Shown: in pieces, positions 12,201 to 22,590 of the stretch
How the letters are laid out: every line of letters begins with the position of its first letter
Position numbering within the stretch: position 1 is the stretch's first letter
Source: Macrostomum lignano
Lineage: Eukaryota
Assembly: GCA_002269645.1 (NCBI GenBank)
Contig: NIVC01000241.1
Coordinates: 1 to 64,000, forward strand
Direction of reading: 5' to 3'
Length of the DNA stretch: 64,000 nt
Notes under the pieces: generated by a model
Told to the model about the DNA's origin: nothing
Databases searched by the model: none
Seen by the model: only the letters and a program-made list of their open reading frames with translations
Position numbers and translations under genes: made by a program

Positions 12201-13754
12201 AAAGGCTGTCATAAATTTGTGCTCTTCTTTGATAGGTACCTGCCAGTATCCAGAGTTTAAATCTAGACTACTGAAGTACTTGCTTCCAGATAACTGAGCG
12301 AAAGTCTCTTGTATGTTCGGCAATGGATATGGGTAATAGTTCACTCTCGAGTTCAGGACCCTGAAGTCACTGACGATTCTTATGGATCCATCCTTCTTAG
12401 GAACTATCACTAGCGGCGTTGAATAAGTACTATAGCATGGTCGGATCAGGTTCTTAGCAAGCATGTCGTCAAGTTGCTCATCTACTTGCTTTTGCAGATG
12501 TGGTGGAATTCTGCGTGTTGGAATCCTGACCGGTGTGGTATCTTTTAGAGATATTTCATGAGTCACAAGATGGGTGAGACCCATGTCTTGGTTGGTCTGC
12601 GAAAATGCTTCCTTGTTCTTCTTTAGCAAATCGATCACTAGTCCTTTCTGTTCTGATGTTAGCTCTTCTCCTAAATCGATCTCGTTTATCCAGCTGTACT
12701 CACTCTCTTCACTCTTCACTGTCCTAATTGCATCATCTGAACTGGCTTGACCTTTGCTGTTAATAGAGTAGGCCAGGCCTCCTGGCTTCAAGGGTTTGGC
12801 CACTCCAATCAGCGTAGATCTTGTCAGTCTGATATCGTCATTCTGTCGATTGATTATTTCCACTACTCCTGTTCCATCGTTCATGGTCACTAGAGTAGGA
12901 ATCATCTCTAAGGAATTTCTCTTCGTAGTCACTTGGCCTCCAATGGTGTCAATGACCATTGGCGTTCCATAGTTAGCTTCTGATCCTTTAGTCATTCTAA
13001 TTGGAATTCGAAGAGCGCTATTCGCTGGTATAGTCACGCTGTTATGGCTGTAAATTCGGCAAACCCGTACGGGTAATTTTGTAAACTGAATTGGGATGCA
13101 GGTCCCTTCTTTTAATACAAGCATTCCTCTGGAAAGGCTGATGCTGTCGCAGAAGTTCATGAAGAACTCCATCCCGAGTATGTCGTCACACTCGTGATTG
13201 CACAGCAGGAACTCTGTCTCAATCTCTATCTCTCCGAATCGTATTTTCGTTCTGACTTCTCCTTCAATTCGCACACTTGATCCGTCAAACGTAGTCACTC
13301 TTCTAGTAGTCAACTCAATTTCATCACTTCTGAACATCTTTTTCCAAGTACTCTTGCTTAGGAAATTATGTCCAGCTCCTGTGTCTAGCAGGAAGTAGAC
13401 CTTTCGGTTTCTTAGCATTCCATTGACGACTGCTTCTCGTCCTTTTCTCTCCGTATCTTCTTCGAATTCTTTCTTCGAATGCTCATTCGGAATTACTGTA
13501 CTTTGTACTTTATTATTCGGCCTACTGTGGCTGGCAGACGCATGACTAGGTGCAAGCGGCGTATGTACACGAGGTGCAAAATTTTTATTTGGTTTTCTGT
13601 GAAATTTATTGAATTCGGCATGCGTTCTGCTGTTACTATACTGTCTGGCATTACTTCGATACGCATTATTTACAAATTCAGAGGCCTGAAATTCGCGATA
13701 ATTGTTGCTAGAGGGACGTGGCCTCGCAAAGCGGCCCTCGCTACTCAGTTTCCC
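9257..13754 (-). CDS. pol: pol of unit 2, expressed as Gag-Pol by -1 frameshift; 1237-aa open ORF 9705..13418 plus a frameshifted C-terminal tail
   Basis: Motifs: LLDTGA protease, YIDD RT, DAS RNase H, H-X6-H/C-X2-C zinc finger and a D,D(35)E-type integrase core. The -1 frame is open from 13754 to the ATG at 13418. After correcting indels near 9760 and 9600 (unit 1 keeps the frame at 9760), the tail reads FRVQREING...VHRNNL...RYNL...RRRYANI and stops at 9257-9259. Confidence 0.95.
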
Positions 13755-14749
13755 TGCTGCTTCTGGTAGTTCACCACTCGCTGACCGTTTGGCCTAGCGC
13801 TCTGGCAATTCCTCGCCATGTGGCCAAGCTTCCCGCAATTGTAGCAGGCTCGAGGCTGCTGCTGTTGCTGTGGCTGCCTGTTGAACTGAGGCTGACCGCG
13901 CCATACTGGCTGCTGCTGCTGCTGCTGCTGCGGCCGATATCTCGGCTGCTGCGGCGGTCCAGCGACCTGAGCGTACGTTTGATATTGATTCTGCGGATGA
14001 TACTGCTGACGGCTAGCTCTCTTCTCTTCCATCAGCTCCTCAATCGCCTTCTTCTGTTGCTCTAACTCTGCTCTCTGCTTCTTGATGATGTCCTCAAGCT
14101 TCTCCTGATCTGCCTTCTGCTCACTCTCGCCTTCGCCTTTGGCCATTCTCATGTTGACATTCTTGTGAGACATGTTCCACGCAGCCTCCATCCTTCTTAG
14201 CATTCTTCTAGCCTCTTGTAAATTGCCTGGCTGCGCAAAGATTAGCTTCTCACGGGTCTCTGACGGAATTCTGATTCCCTTGATGAATTGCTCAACAATT
14301 TCTTCTTCCCTTTGCTCAACCGTCATATTCGGAAATGCACGCGATGCCAGCTCGATCAAACAGTCTGCGAAAGTCTCTACAGGCTCATTTCTGCCTTGCA
14401 TTCTTCCACGAAACTCCTCTCTGAATTCTGCGGAACTACCGATTCTTCCGAATCGCTCAATCAGTCGCTCTTTGAACTCTTCGTATTCAAGATCCTCGGG
14501 CAGATTTAGGCGCTGTACCGCTGCGAATGCAGTGGACAGGTCCAGATTAGCTAGCAATTCCTGCTTCCTATGTTCCTCATCTATCCCTTCTACTTCACAG
14601 CGCTGATCGAAGGCTGTTAGCCAGATCCGAATGTCTTGCGTAGGTGTGAATTTCTGAATCTTAACGTGTCTCATCGGCCCTATCTCTAGTCGGTTTCGCA
14701 ATTCTTCTGCCAGCATGGCGATGGCGTCATTAGCCTGATTCTGATTCAT
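13745..14749 (-). CDS. gag: gag of unit 2, 334 aa, with a single CCHC zinc knuckle
   Basis: CYNCGKLGHMARNC knuckle near the C-terminus and a capsid-like helical N-terminal region. Starts about 80 nt after the PBS. Confidence 0.95.
   Translation of the reverse strand: MNQNQANDAIAMLAEELRNRLEIGPMRHVKIQKFTPTQDIRIWLTAFDQRCEVEGIDEEHRKQELLANLDLSTAFAAVQRLNLPEDLEYEEFKERLIERFGRIGSSAEFREEFRGRMQGRNEPVETFADCLIELASRAFPNMTVEQREEEIVEQFIKGIRIPSETREKLIFAQPGNLQEARRMLRRMEAAWNMSHKNVNMRMAKGEGESEQKADQEKLEDIIKKQRAELEQQKKAIEELMEEKRASRQQYHPQNQYQTYAQVAGPPQQPRYRPQQQQQQQPVWRGQPQFNRQPQQQQQPRACYNCGKLGHMARNCQSARPNGQRVVNYQKQQGN
13748..13754 (-). promoter_or_regulatory. -1 ribosomal frameshift heptamer G GGA AAC directly before the gag stop (also 5845-5851 in unit 1)
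   Basis: X XXY YYZ heptamer in the gag frame. The pol frame is -1 relative to gag (13747-13418 = 329 nt). A GC-rich self-complementary segment follows after about 6 nt. Confidence 0.85.
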
Positions 14750-14828
14750 CTTTTCTCTACGAAAAACTTTTCAAATTAATCTTCGGAATTCTTCTGAATC
14801 TAGCTTTAAGAGTTCGCGCCGTTTCTCT

Positions 14829-14847
14829 AATCCCACCGCTGCCACCA
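14829..14847 (-). other. Primer-binding site, 19-nt complement of the tRNA-Leu(AAG-type) 3' end including CCA
   Basis: Minus-strand TGGTGGCAGCGGTGGGATT. Metazoan tRNA-Leu(AAG) ends ...AATCCCACCGCTGCCA+CCA (recalled, not searched). Confidence 0.9.
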
Positions 14848-14849
14848 GC

Positions 14850-15617
14850 TGTGACAGGCCTTTTGGCTCTGTCTTTCTAAACTTCTAACTATTAGTGTTT
14901 ATTAAATATCCTACGAGCTGCCACCAAAGTTGTTACAGGCCTTTCACCTCTTACTTTATCAATTTTAATCCCACCGATTTGCCAACTACAGTTATCCTGA
15001 TTATACTTGCTTTTACTCCCTAACTATTTCTTAGAATTTCATTTAAATATTTCTGGGTAGCGTTCTTAGTAGCGTTTCTGGTAGCGTTCTTAGTAGCGTT
15101 TCTGGTAGCTTATGGCTTGCTTTCTGGTAGCGTTCTAGTAGCTTATGGCCTGAGCGGTCTAGTACTGGTATATGTATTAGTGTATAGTCCTAATCGGGCG
15201 TTCACCGAGACTAGAGGGTCACGGCGCCTCTCTTGGTATATCTCCAAGAATTAGTCCCAATTCCCTTCTCTTAGCAAATTTCTTAGAATCGTTTCACAGG
15301 TTTTGCAAATAAATAAGTCGCTATTTAGCTCAAAGACTTTGAAATGGTTTAGATTGAACTGCTTATTCTGTTCGCAATTATTTGCTCACGGGTAAAAGAC
15401 AGTTAGAGTATATTTGTCGCAAAACCGCTCCTATATATAGTGATTTTCCCCACATACGATTAAAACAAAAAAATAATTCTCCAATTTAATTCGCGCATTA
15501 AAACAAACTATTATTTGGCGTTCGCGTAGATTCAGTTTCTAAGAAAGATTCGAATATACAGTTATTACATTGAAAGAACATTCGAGTATACTATGATAAA
15601 GGCATAGCACTAGTACA
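14850..15617 (-). repeat. 5' LTR of unit 2 (outer LTR of the array)
   Basis: Copy of 6940-7707. The junction with unique DNA is at ...TAGTACA|TTTTA. It has a TATATATA box near 15432 and short GTAGCGTT(T)CT repeats at about 15057-15140. Confidence 0.93.
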
Positions 15618-15872
15618 TTTTAATAGAATTTTTGTAAATCAACTTTTTTAGTGTACTTAAATTGGTTGCTATTAGTTTCTTAGTACATGAATATTCTTGA
15701 ACTTTTATCTATTATAAGCTTAAAATCCATTGGTTTTAAGGCTATAAATTTTATATAAATTCTACATTCTTCAATGTTAAATAATATCTTGACAAAGATG
15801 TCCTAATAGTGCATAGCAGAATCTAAAGCAATCCAAAATTCATGTTGCAGGACTCGCCAGTAACTTGTAACT

Positions 15873-16297
15873 ATGGGCTGCTTTCTGTCTAGGCCTGTCA
15901 CTGGCGAGAAGCCTCCACTGCTTGACTATTACCAGCAGCAGCAGCAACAACTATTGCAATATCACCAGCAGCAGCAGCAGCAGCAGCAGATGCAGTATGA
16001 ACAGCAGCACTACAAATACCAGCAGTTCCAACAGCATCAACAGCAGCAGCATCATCAGGCAACTGCCTGGCAGGTGGGTGCCGCCACCCCGGTGACCAGA
16101 ATCCGATGCCGCCTGCCGCAGCCGCACTCGGTGGAGCAGCTGCCGCCGCCGCCGCCTCCAGCCAGACGTCAGAGCCAGCTGGTAGCGAGGGCCCTGTTCG
16201 CCTACAAGGCGCAACATCAGGACGACCTGGCGTTTTGCGTCGGCGACAAACTGGAGATCCTTAGTGGCGGCACCCGGCAGCCCTGGTGGTTCGCTAG
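15873..16297 (+). CDS. Src-family tyrosine kinase exon 1: MGC lipidation motif, poly-Q unique domain, first part of SH3
   Basis: MGCFLS start and ALFAY...DDLAFCVGDKLEIL...WWFAR. Donor AG|GTAGAA (phase 2). Confidence 0.9.
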
Positions 16298-16718
16298 GTA
16301 GAACTGATTCAGTATATGCGCTCGTAGGTGTCACTGAAGAGGGGCAATCTTAGGTATCCTATTCCAATGGGAATCTCATGTTTGCTTTGCCCAAAAGGAG
16401 CAACCCAGGAACACAACAGTTTTACAATCATGTAATGCCCACAGCCCTCCTGCAGTTACTATTACCAATATTATTGCGGGTTTGAATCATATAACAACGC
16501 TGACTTCCTGAGCAAGAAGGTACTACTAGCTCTTCTCCTCCTATACTCCAGGCTACTACCTGAGTTTCGTCCACTTCTGCCCCGTTTTTGAGTGGATGTC
16601 ACTTTCTTATCTACAGTGTTCCCTGCTTAGACCTTGTCTCCTTAAAGCCTTCACTTTCCAGCATCTCTTCTATCTTGTTGAGGGTTTTTAATCGAACGCT
16701 CGAATTCTCTGTTGCCAG

Positions 16719-16893
16719 GCACTCGGCTACCGGTCTCACAGGCTACGTGCCCGGCAGTCACCTGCAATTGGAGTCGGACGATCGGGCCAGTTCCTTGGCC
16801 GCCTGGTTCGAGGTCAGCCGTCGGGACGCTGATCGGCACCTCCTGCTGCCCGGAAATCCAAGCGGCACCTACATATTGCGGCCCAGCTCGCAG
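16719..16893 (+). CDS. Src-family kinase exon 2: end of SH3, start of SH2
   Basis: Acceptor TTGCCAG|, GYVP (SH3), WF...YILRPS (SH2), donor CAG|GTGAGG. Confidence 0.9.
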
Positions 16894-17063
16894 GTGAGGG
16901 ATGAAAAGGCTCAGCTGTCGGCGGCGTCTCGGAGTGGCACTGGGGAGGTCCGCGTACTCATGTAGCGGAAACAGTCGTGAAAAAAGACTTCTGATTGATT
17001 GGAGCAGCAATTTAGAAGGCATTTCATAGCCTTAGAAGTATATTAGTTCTTTCATAGAGTTTC

Positions 17064-17340
17064 GACTTGTAGCCTAGTGGTTGAGCGTTGGACTCACGAG
17101 TGAAAGGTCTGGGTTTCGATTCTCTACCCGCTGGGAACAATTTGGGTAAGACACTCAACTCTGCATTAAAATGGGTGCCAGCATTAGCTAGAGTAGTTGA
17201 GGATGCGTGTGGCGACCCCCCAGTCCTTCGATTGAACAGCCGTACGCAGCCATCAGACGCGCCCCGCAATAATGTATACGTCTAAGCTGTCGGTTGCGCA
17301 TCTGCCCATTAGGGCAGGTGTAGTTAATTATTAATTATTG
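17064..17340 (+). mobile_element. tRNA-derived SINE with a CORE-like central segment, in Src intron 2
   Basis: A box TAGCCTAGTGG and B box GGTTTCGATTC. These are followed by TTGGGTAAGACACTCAAC...TAAAATGGG, resembling the MIR/CORE consensus TTGGGCAAGTCACTTAAC...TAAAATGGG. The 3' end is approximate. Confidence 0.55.
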
Positions 17341-17432
17341 TCATTAGGTTTGAAAAAAACCCTGAACGGGCTAAAACTCCTAGTCCGTGCCATAATTATA
17401 ATGCTATGCATTGCTTTACGTAGTTTGGGAAC

Positions 17433-17595
17433 GGACCAGCTCAGCGGTAAACGTGTCCGACTCTCGCGCCACGACTCCTGGTTTGATTCCCTATGTGGTC
17501 AAAATTCATTATTGGCTTGTACGCAATAACTGGCCAGGAGTTGTCCTGCGATTCACACCCATGAGAGAATAAAGTCAAGGTCGCTGCATAACCCT
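17433..17595 (+). mobile_element. Second tRNA-headed SINE-like element
   Basis: A-box-like AGCTCAGCGG and B-box-like GGTTTGATTCC. The tail motif GAATAAAGTCAAGGTCGCTG is shared with the element at 22591. Confidence 0.45.
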
Positions 17596-17864
17596 ATAGT
17601 ACTCGTACGCTATAGAAGCGTACAATATTGGCGCGTTTGCATGTTCTCAGGAGTCAGAGAAATGGCCTTGGTTGTTGGACGATGTCGCCGAAGGCGTTGC
17701 TCTTGTGAATAACTTTACGTTTTATTTAAGTAAAACAGACAAGAACTTCTTTGATATGGGACGGTGGTATTTTTCGAAGGAGTTATTTATTGAAAGTTCA
17801 CCAGGACTTTTGTGGTTCGCTTCCAGTTCATTTTTAGAAGACCTTGTTTTACCTTTTTCTACAG

Positions 17865-18181
17865 GGCCAATACGCTCTCAGTGTCCGCGTCAAGGACCCC
17901 AATCTGGACCGGAACTTCCTGGTGCGCCACTTTCGCATCCGGTGCACAGACGCTGGCGGTTATTACATAGCGCCTCGAGTCACCTTCCCAACACTGCGCG
18001 ACCTGCTCGCCCACTACTCGGAGGTTGAAGACATCGGCGGCATCGGCTGTCGGCTAACCGCGCCCTGTCCGCGCGCCTATAAGCCGCCGGTGCAATTCCG
18101 CGACGTTGAGGTCAACAGGGCCTGCGTCCGGCTTGGAGGCCGGCTGGGCGGAGGCTCCTTTGGCGAGGTGTATCTGGCCAG
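17865..18181 (+). CDS. Src-family kinase exon 3: rest of SH2, linker, Gly-rich loop
   Basis: Acceptor TTCTACAG|, GQYALSV...VRHFRI...LGGGSFGEVY, donor AG|GTAGGC. Confidence 0.92.
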
Positions 18182-18234
18182 GTAGGCGCTTTTGAGTCAA
18201 CTCCATGAGCCGTTGGGTTCTTCTGTCATGGGTA

Positions 18235-18510
18235 TTCTTCTGCTGACCCATCATGGAGCTCTTCTGCTCACCCATCATGGAATTCTTCTGCTCACCAATC
18301 ATGGAATTCTTCTGCTCACCAATCACTGAATTCTTCTGCTCACCAATCATGAAGTTCTTCTGCTCACCAATCATGGATTTATGCTCACCAATTATGTACT
18401 TATGCTCACCAATCATGGAGTTCTGCTCACCAATCATGGAGTTCTGCTCACCAATCATGGGGTTCTGCTCACGAATAATGAAATTCTTATGCTCACCAAT
18501 CATCGAATTA
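18235..18510. repeat. 21-24-bp minisatellite (TTCTTCTGCTCACCAATCATGGAA) in Src intron 3
   Basis: About 12 tandem copies seen directly. Confidence 0.9.
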
Positions 18511-18596
18511 TTCTTCTCCTTAATCATGAGATTGACTTGAGTTCCAAAGACACGTAGGAGAGTTGAATTTTTAGTTGATCTTTCCCCCGCCACCAG

Positions 18597-19359
18597 ATGG
18601 AACGACTGTCTTGACGTAGCCGTCAAAACGATGAAGCCGAACGCCACAGACGCCGAGCGCTTCATCTCGGAGGCGCGGATTCTGCACCGGCTGAACCATC
18701 CCCGGGTTGTGCAATTGCTGGGAGTCTGCACGGACGGCGAGCCGCTCTACATCATCACCGAGCTCATGCCGGAGGGCGCTCTGCTTGATTTTCTTCGCCG
18801 AGAGGCCGGTTCGAGCCTGTGCTTTGACCAGCTAATAGACATGATGGCCCAGGTGGCCGACGGCATGGCCTACCTGGAGACCATGAACTTTGTGCACCGG
18901 GACCTGCGCGCGGCCAACATTCTGGTGGGGCAGAACCGCTGGCTCAAAGTGGCCGACTTCGGCCTCGCTCGCATCATGGACGCGGCCGGGTCAGCCACGG
19001 CTGGCGCCAAATTTCCAATCCGATGGACGGCGCCGGAGGCGGCCGGCTGGCAGCGGGCGTTCAGCGTCAAATCGGACGTGTGGTCGTTCGGCGTCCTGAT
19101 GTGGGAGATTGTCACCTACGGCCGGGTGCCGTACCCGGGCATGGCCAACCGGCAGGTGCTGCAGGCGGTGGCCGGCGGCTACCGGATGCCGAACCCGCAC
19201 GACGGTAGCCGGATTCGCTGCGACCCGGGCGTCTACCTGATCATGAGCGACTGCTGGGCGGAGTGCCCGGCAAGCAGGCCGACATTTTCCTACCTGAAGG
19301 ACGCTCTGGAGAACTACAGCGTGACAGCTGAGGCGCAGTACGTGCAGGAGAAGCTCTGA
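18597..19359 (+). CDS. Src-family kinase exon 4: kinase domain and C-terminal tail (whole protein 559 aa)
   Basis: VAVK, HRDLRAAN (Src-type), DFG, WTAPE, SDVWSFG and the tail EAQY. The four exon lengths sum to 1680 nt with matching phases. Confidence 0.95.
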
Positions 19360-19977
19360 GTTCGGTTTCTACAGCTGTCAGAGGTCTGTTGAAAATCAAA
19401 TGGGCAAGCTTCACAGGTGACAATCCCCGTTCTCACGATTGGCATAACTATCAAATGAAGTAAACACGGTTGCCTTTTACCAGGGCAGTCCTTGTAGGGC
19501 CCTTAAATTGTTCCTCTGTATAGAGGTTGTCTGTTAATTGTCACGGACAGTTGTGAGTTCTTTTGTTAGCACCTGAACAAATTTCTGCACTCTGAGCAGT
19601 TCAGCTCGGCGAGTTGTTGTTCTCTAGTCTATCGTTTATTTAATACCTCGGATGCTCATCCCATGCAGACTGTGGTACAAACTGATCCCAAATCCCAAAA
19701 CTGTGTTACGCGATATCCCCATTTTTTACTAACGCTTTTTTCCTAGAATTTCTTCCCAGTTTACTTTGACAGCTTATTTATTATCAAAATACGGAATAAT
19801 ACGCTTCATTGCTTTCATATCTGTTTGTGCTTTTTTCATTTTTTGCTTTTATTGGCGTATTGTGATGCCATTATGCTGCTTTAAGTATACAATTCATTTT
19901 TCCAGAGCCCAGATCCAACCAAGGCCCTTATGTAGTTTGCATAGTTAGCTTAGCCTCAAACTGAGATTGGGGACTCG

Positions 19978-20432
19978 CCACCCCTCCCCAAGCTAAACAC
20001 CCCTCCCCAAGCTAAACACCCCTCCCCAAGCTAAACACCCCTCCCCAAGCTAAACGCCTTTCCCCAAGCTAAACACCCCTCCCCAAGCTAAACACCTTTC
20101 CCCAAGCTAAACACCCCTCCCCAAGCTAAACACCCCTCCCCAAGCTAAACACCTTCCCCAAGCTAAACATCCCTCTCCAAGCTAAACACCCTTCCCAAGC
20201 TAAACACCCTTCCCCAAGCTAAACACCCCTCCCCAAGCTAAACACCTTTCCCCAAGCTAAACACCCCTCCCCAAGCTAAACACCTTCCCCAAGCTAAACA
20301 TCCCTCTCCAAGCTAAACACCCTTCCCAAGCTAAACACCCCTCCCCAAGCTAAACACCCCTCCCCAAGCTAAACATCCCTCTCCAAGCTAAACACCCTTC
20401 CCAAGCTAAACACCCCTCCCCAAGCTAAACAC
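19978..20432. repeat. 19-bp minisatellite (CCCTCCCCAAGCTAAACAC)
   Basis: About 24 tandem copies. Confidence 0.92.
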
Positions 20433-21750
20433 CGTGGAATGTAAACACAGTGATTTTTTACTTGTTTTATCAATTAATACTTTGGCAAACTCTTCTAGTC
20501 ATCATTTTTCACAGCAAATATATTCAGAATTTGCATTTACTAAGCTGTTTTACTGTACAGGATAAAACAGAAAACTGTGTTTGGTTATGCGTTTAATTTT
20601 CGAGTTACCACCGTTTCAACTTCGACGCTAGCTGCTCTCTTCGAAGGCTCTCTTTCGCTGCGTTTAATTTTGTTTCGGAGTGGGCTGTGTTTAGCACAGA
20701 GTCAAAGGCGTTGCTTACTCTTAGACTGGATTCATTAATGCTTTCTACTTGTATCGTTGCAAACTCCCTCCCCATTGCTGATGAAGTTTAGTTTGTTATA
20801 TAAACAACTGCTCATATCTGCAGGCTATGACAGCTGCTTGTTATTGATTTTGTATCACCTAAATGCATATTAAATCACTTTGATTTATGAATGGCAAATA
20901 CAAATTACACCAGGTCCACATAATTCAACTTTTTCTTTGACTTTATAACATAAATCTATTGCTCCTACCATTTGTATTTGGTCTGTGGTCAATCTTGGCT
21001 TCGTCTTCTTTCAAAATCTGCCACAATTGAGCCATAATAGCCAGCGAGAATAGGCAATCAAGGACGACCTAAGTAGGACCGGGGAACTTCGTTTCTTAGA
21101 AAATACCGTATTTGAAGGCTGGTTTTGCGCAAAAATTCCACTACAAAGATAAGAGCTTTTCATTTTTCGGCAAAAAATAGCGCTTAAATTTAAATTGTGA
21201 ATGGCTGATTTATTGCTTTATGTAATTCTGTAAAGCTTTACTTATAAAAACAAATTATTCAAGCCAAAATCTTCCTTACATAGGAACTCACGTTCAGTCG
21301 ACACACTGTGTGTATGGCATTCCCTTTGTCGTGCTAACTTAAAAAAAGCTCAAGCTCGAAATTTCACAAGCTCGAAACTTCACATCGTCGAAAATCCTGT
21401 CGGTCACACTTATAAGCTCAAAAAAACATGATATGTGAATCAATTATCCATAGGCTTACCAAACCTGATTTTAATTTGATTTTTCGGAGCGATAATTCCA
21501 GCCGAAATAACTTGCACTCAGAAAGGGCTGTTAGAAAAGCAACTAATAGAAACCAGAAACTTTCTTACTACTTCCAGAGATTGTGAAGTTTTTAGCTATT
21601 GTTTAGTAAAAGTAATCGACATTTTACTTTTCAACGATGTTAAGTTTCGAGTTTCTGAAGTTTCGAGTTTGTGAATGTTTGTGAGTTCGAGCTTGCAAAA
21701 TATTCTCTGTTTTGACGATTTGAAATTTCGTACTTGTGACACGCCCCGAT

Positions 21751-22088
21751 AGAATGTCAACTTTGCAGCTGCAGTTGCAGTAAAGAATGCAGCTTCTGTC
21801 TATGGTCAAAACACAAATGCTCGGGAAGCTGCATTTTTAGTTGCAACCACAGAGTCTATAATTACCTTGATGTGTCACTCCAGCATTCGCCAATGTTTTA
21901 GCGGCCGTCCCCGAGGCCCCAAAAACCCAGGGGTTAGGGCCACACACTAGCTGCTGCTAATGTCTTGAGAGCAGCAGAAGCAACTGTCTATGGTCAAAAC
22001 CCCGAGGTTTTCGCGCTGCAGCCAGGCCAGTGGCCCATCTAGGTAATATAATCTGTTGTTGCAACTGCAGCTGAAAATTTGGCATTCT
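21751..22088. mobile_element. MITE-like element with about 29-bp imperfect terminal inverted repeats
   Basis: AGAATGTCAACTTTGCAGCTGCAGTTGCA (21751-21779) versus TGCAACTGCAGCTGAAAATTTGGCATTCT (22060-22088). No clear TSD. Confidence 0.55.
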
Positions 22089-22590
22089 GTCTTATGCTGG
22101 GTGTATTCTTTGTAGAAAACAGACATCCAGCGTTGAAAGCCTACAGAACAAATACAGTTTGGGCCATAGACAAAAGCAAATTTCTGACTGAGAAACTCGA
22201 GTGAGAGAAGCCATGGGCATGGATGAAGGAATAGAATTCATTAAGTATACAATTAAGGCCATGGCCATGGATTCCTTCATCCATGGCCATGGGGCATCTG
22301 AGCTTGAAATGTTAAACATGAAATGATTTGATTAGCATCAGTAGTGCTACAAATCTCAAATGTGATAACTTAACATCGAATTGAGAGACCAATTTTATAG
22401 CTCGTAAAGCATATATAACCGTCATTTTATTAGCCAACCGCTATGCGAGTCCGATATGGATTTCTTACAAGTCTATTCAAACAACTCTTAAGTGTTAAAA
22501 AGTAAAAACCTCATCTCACTTTATGCATTTGAAAACAAATTGAGTCTTAAATAAATTTTGTATCAAGGTGTAGCTTCAAGGTGTTGCATG

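Larger units (their letters stand above)
1..15617 (-). mobile_element. Tandem array of two Ty3/Gypsy LTR retrotransposon units (LTR-internal-LTR-internal), continuing past the left window edge
   Basis: Position 1 matches position 7912 (period about 7911 bp). Identity ends at ...TAGTACA (7707 and 15617). Both units carry gag and pol with PR-RT-RH-IN order, which is the Ty3/Gypsy order. Confidence 0.97.

Noticed and set aside
17064-17140. Functional tRNA genes at 17064, 17433 and 22591
   Set aside because: A/B boxes are present, but I could not fold a convincing cloverleaf and there is no T-run terminator. They are treated as SINE heads.
21350-21730. Loose inverted similarity (AAGCTCGAAA.TTCA motifs)
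   Set aside because: The arms are too degenerate to define an element.
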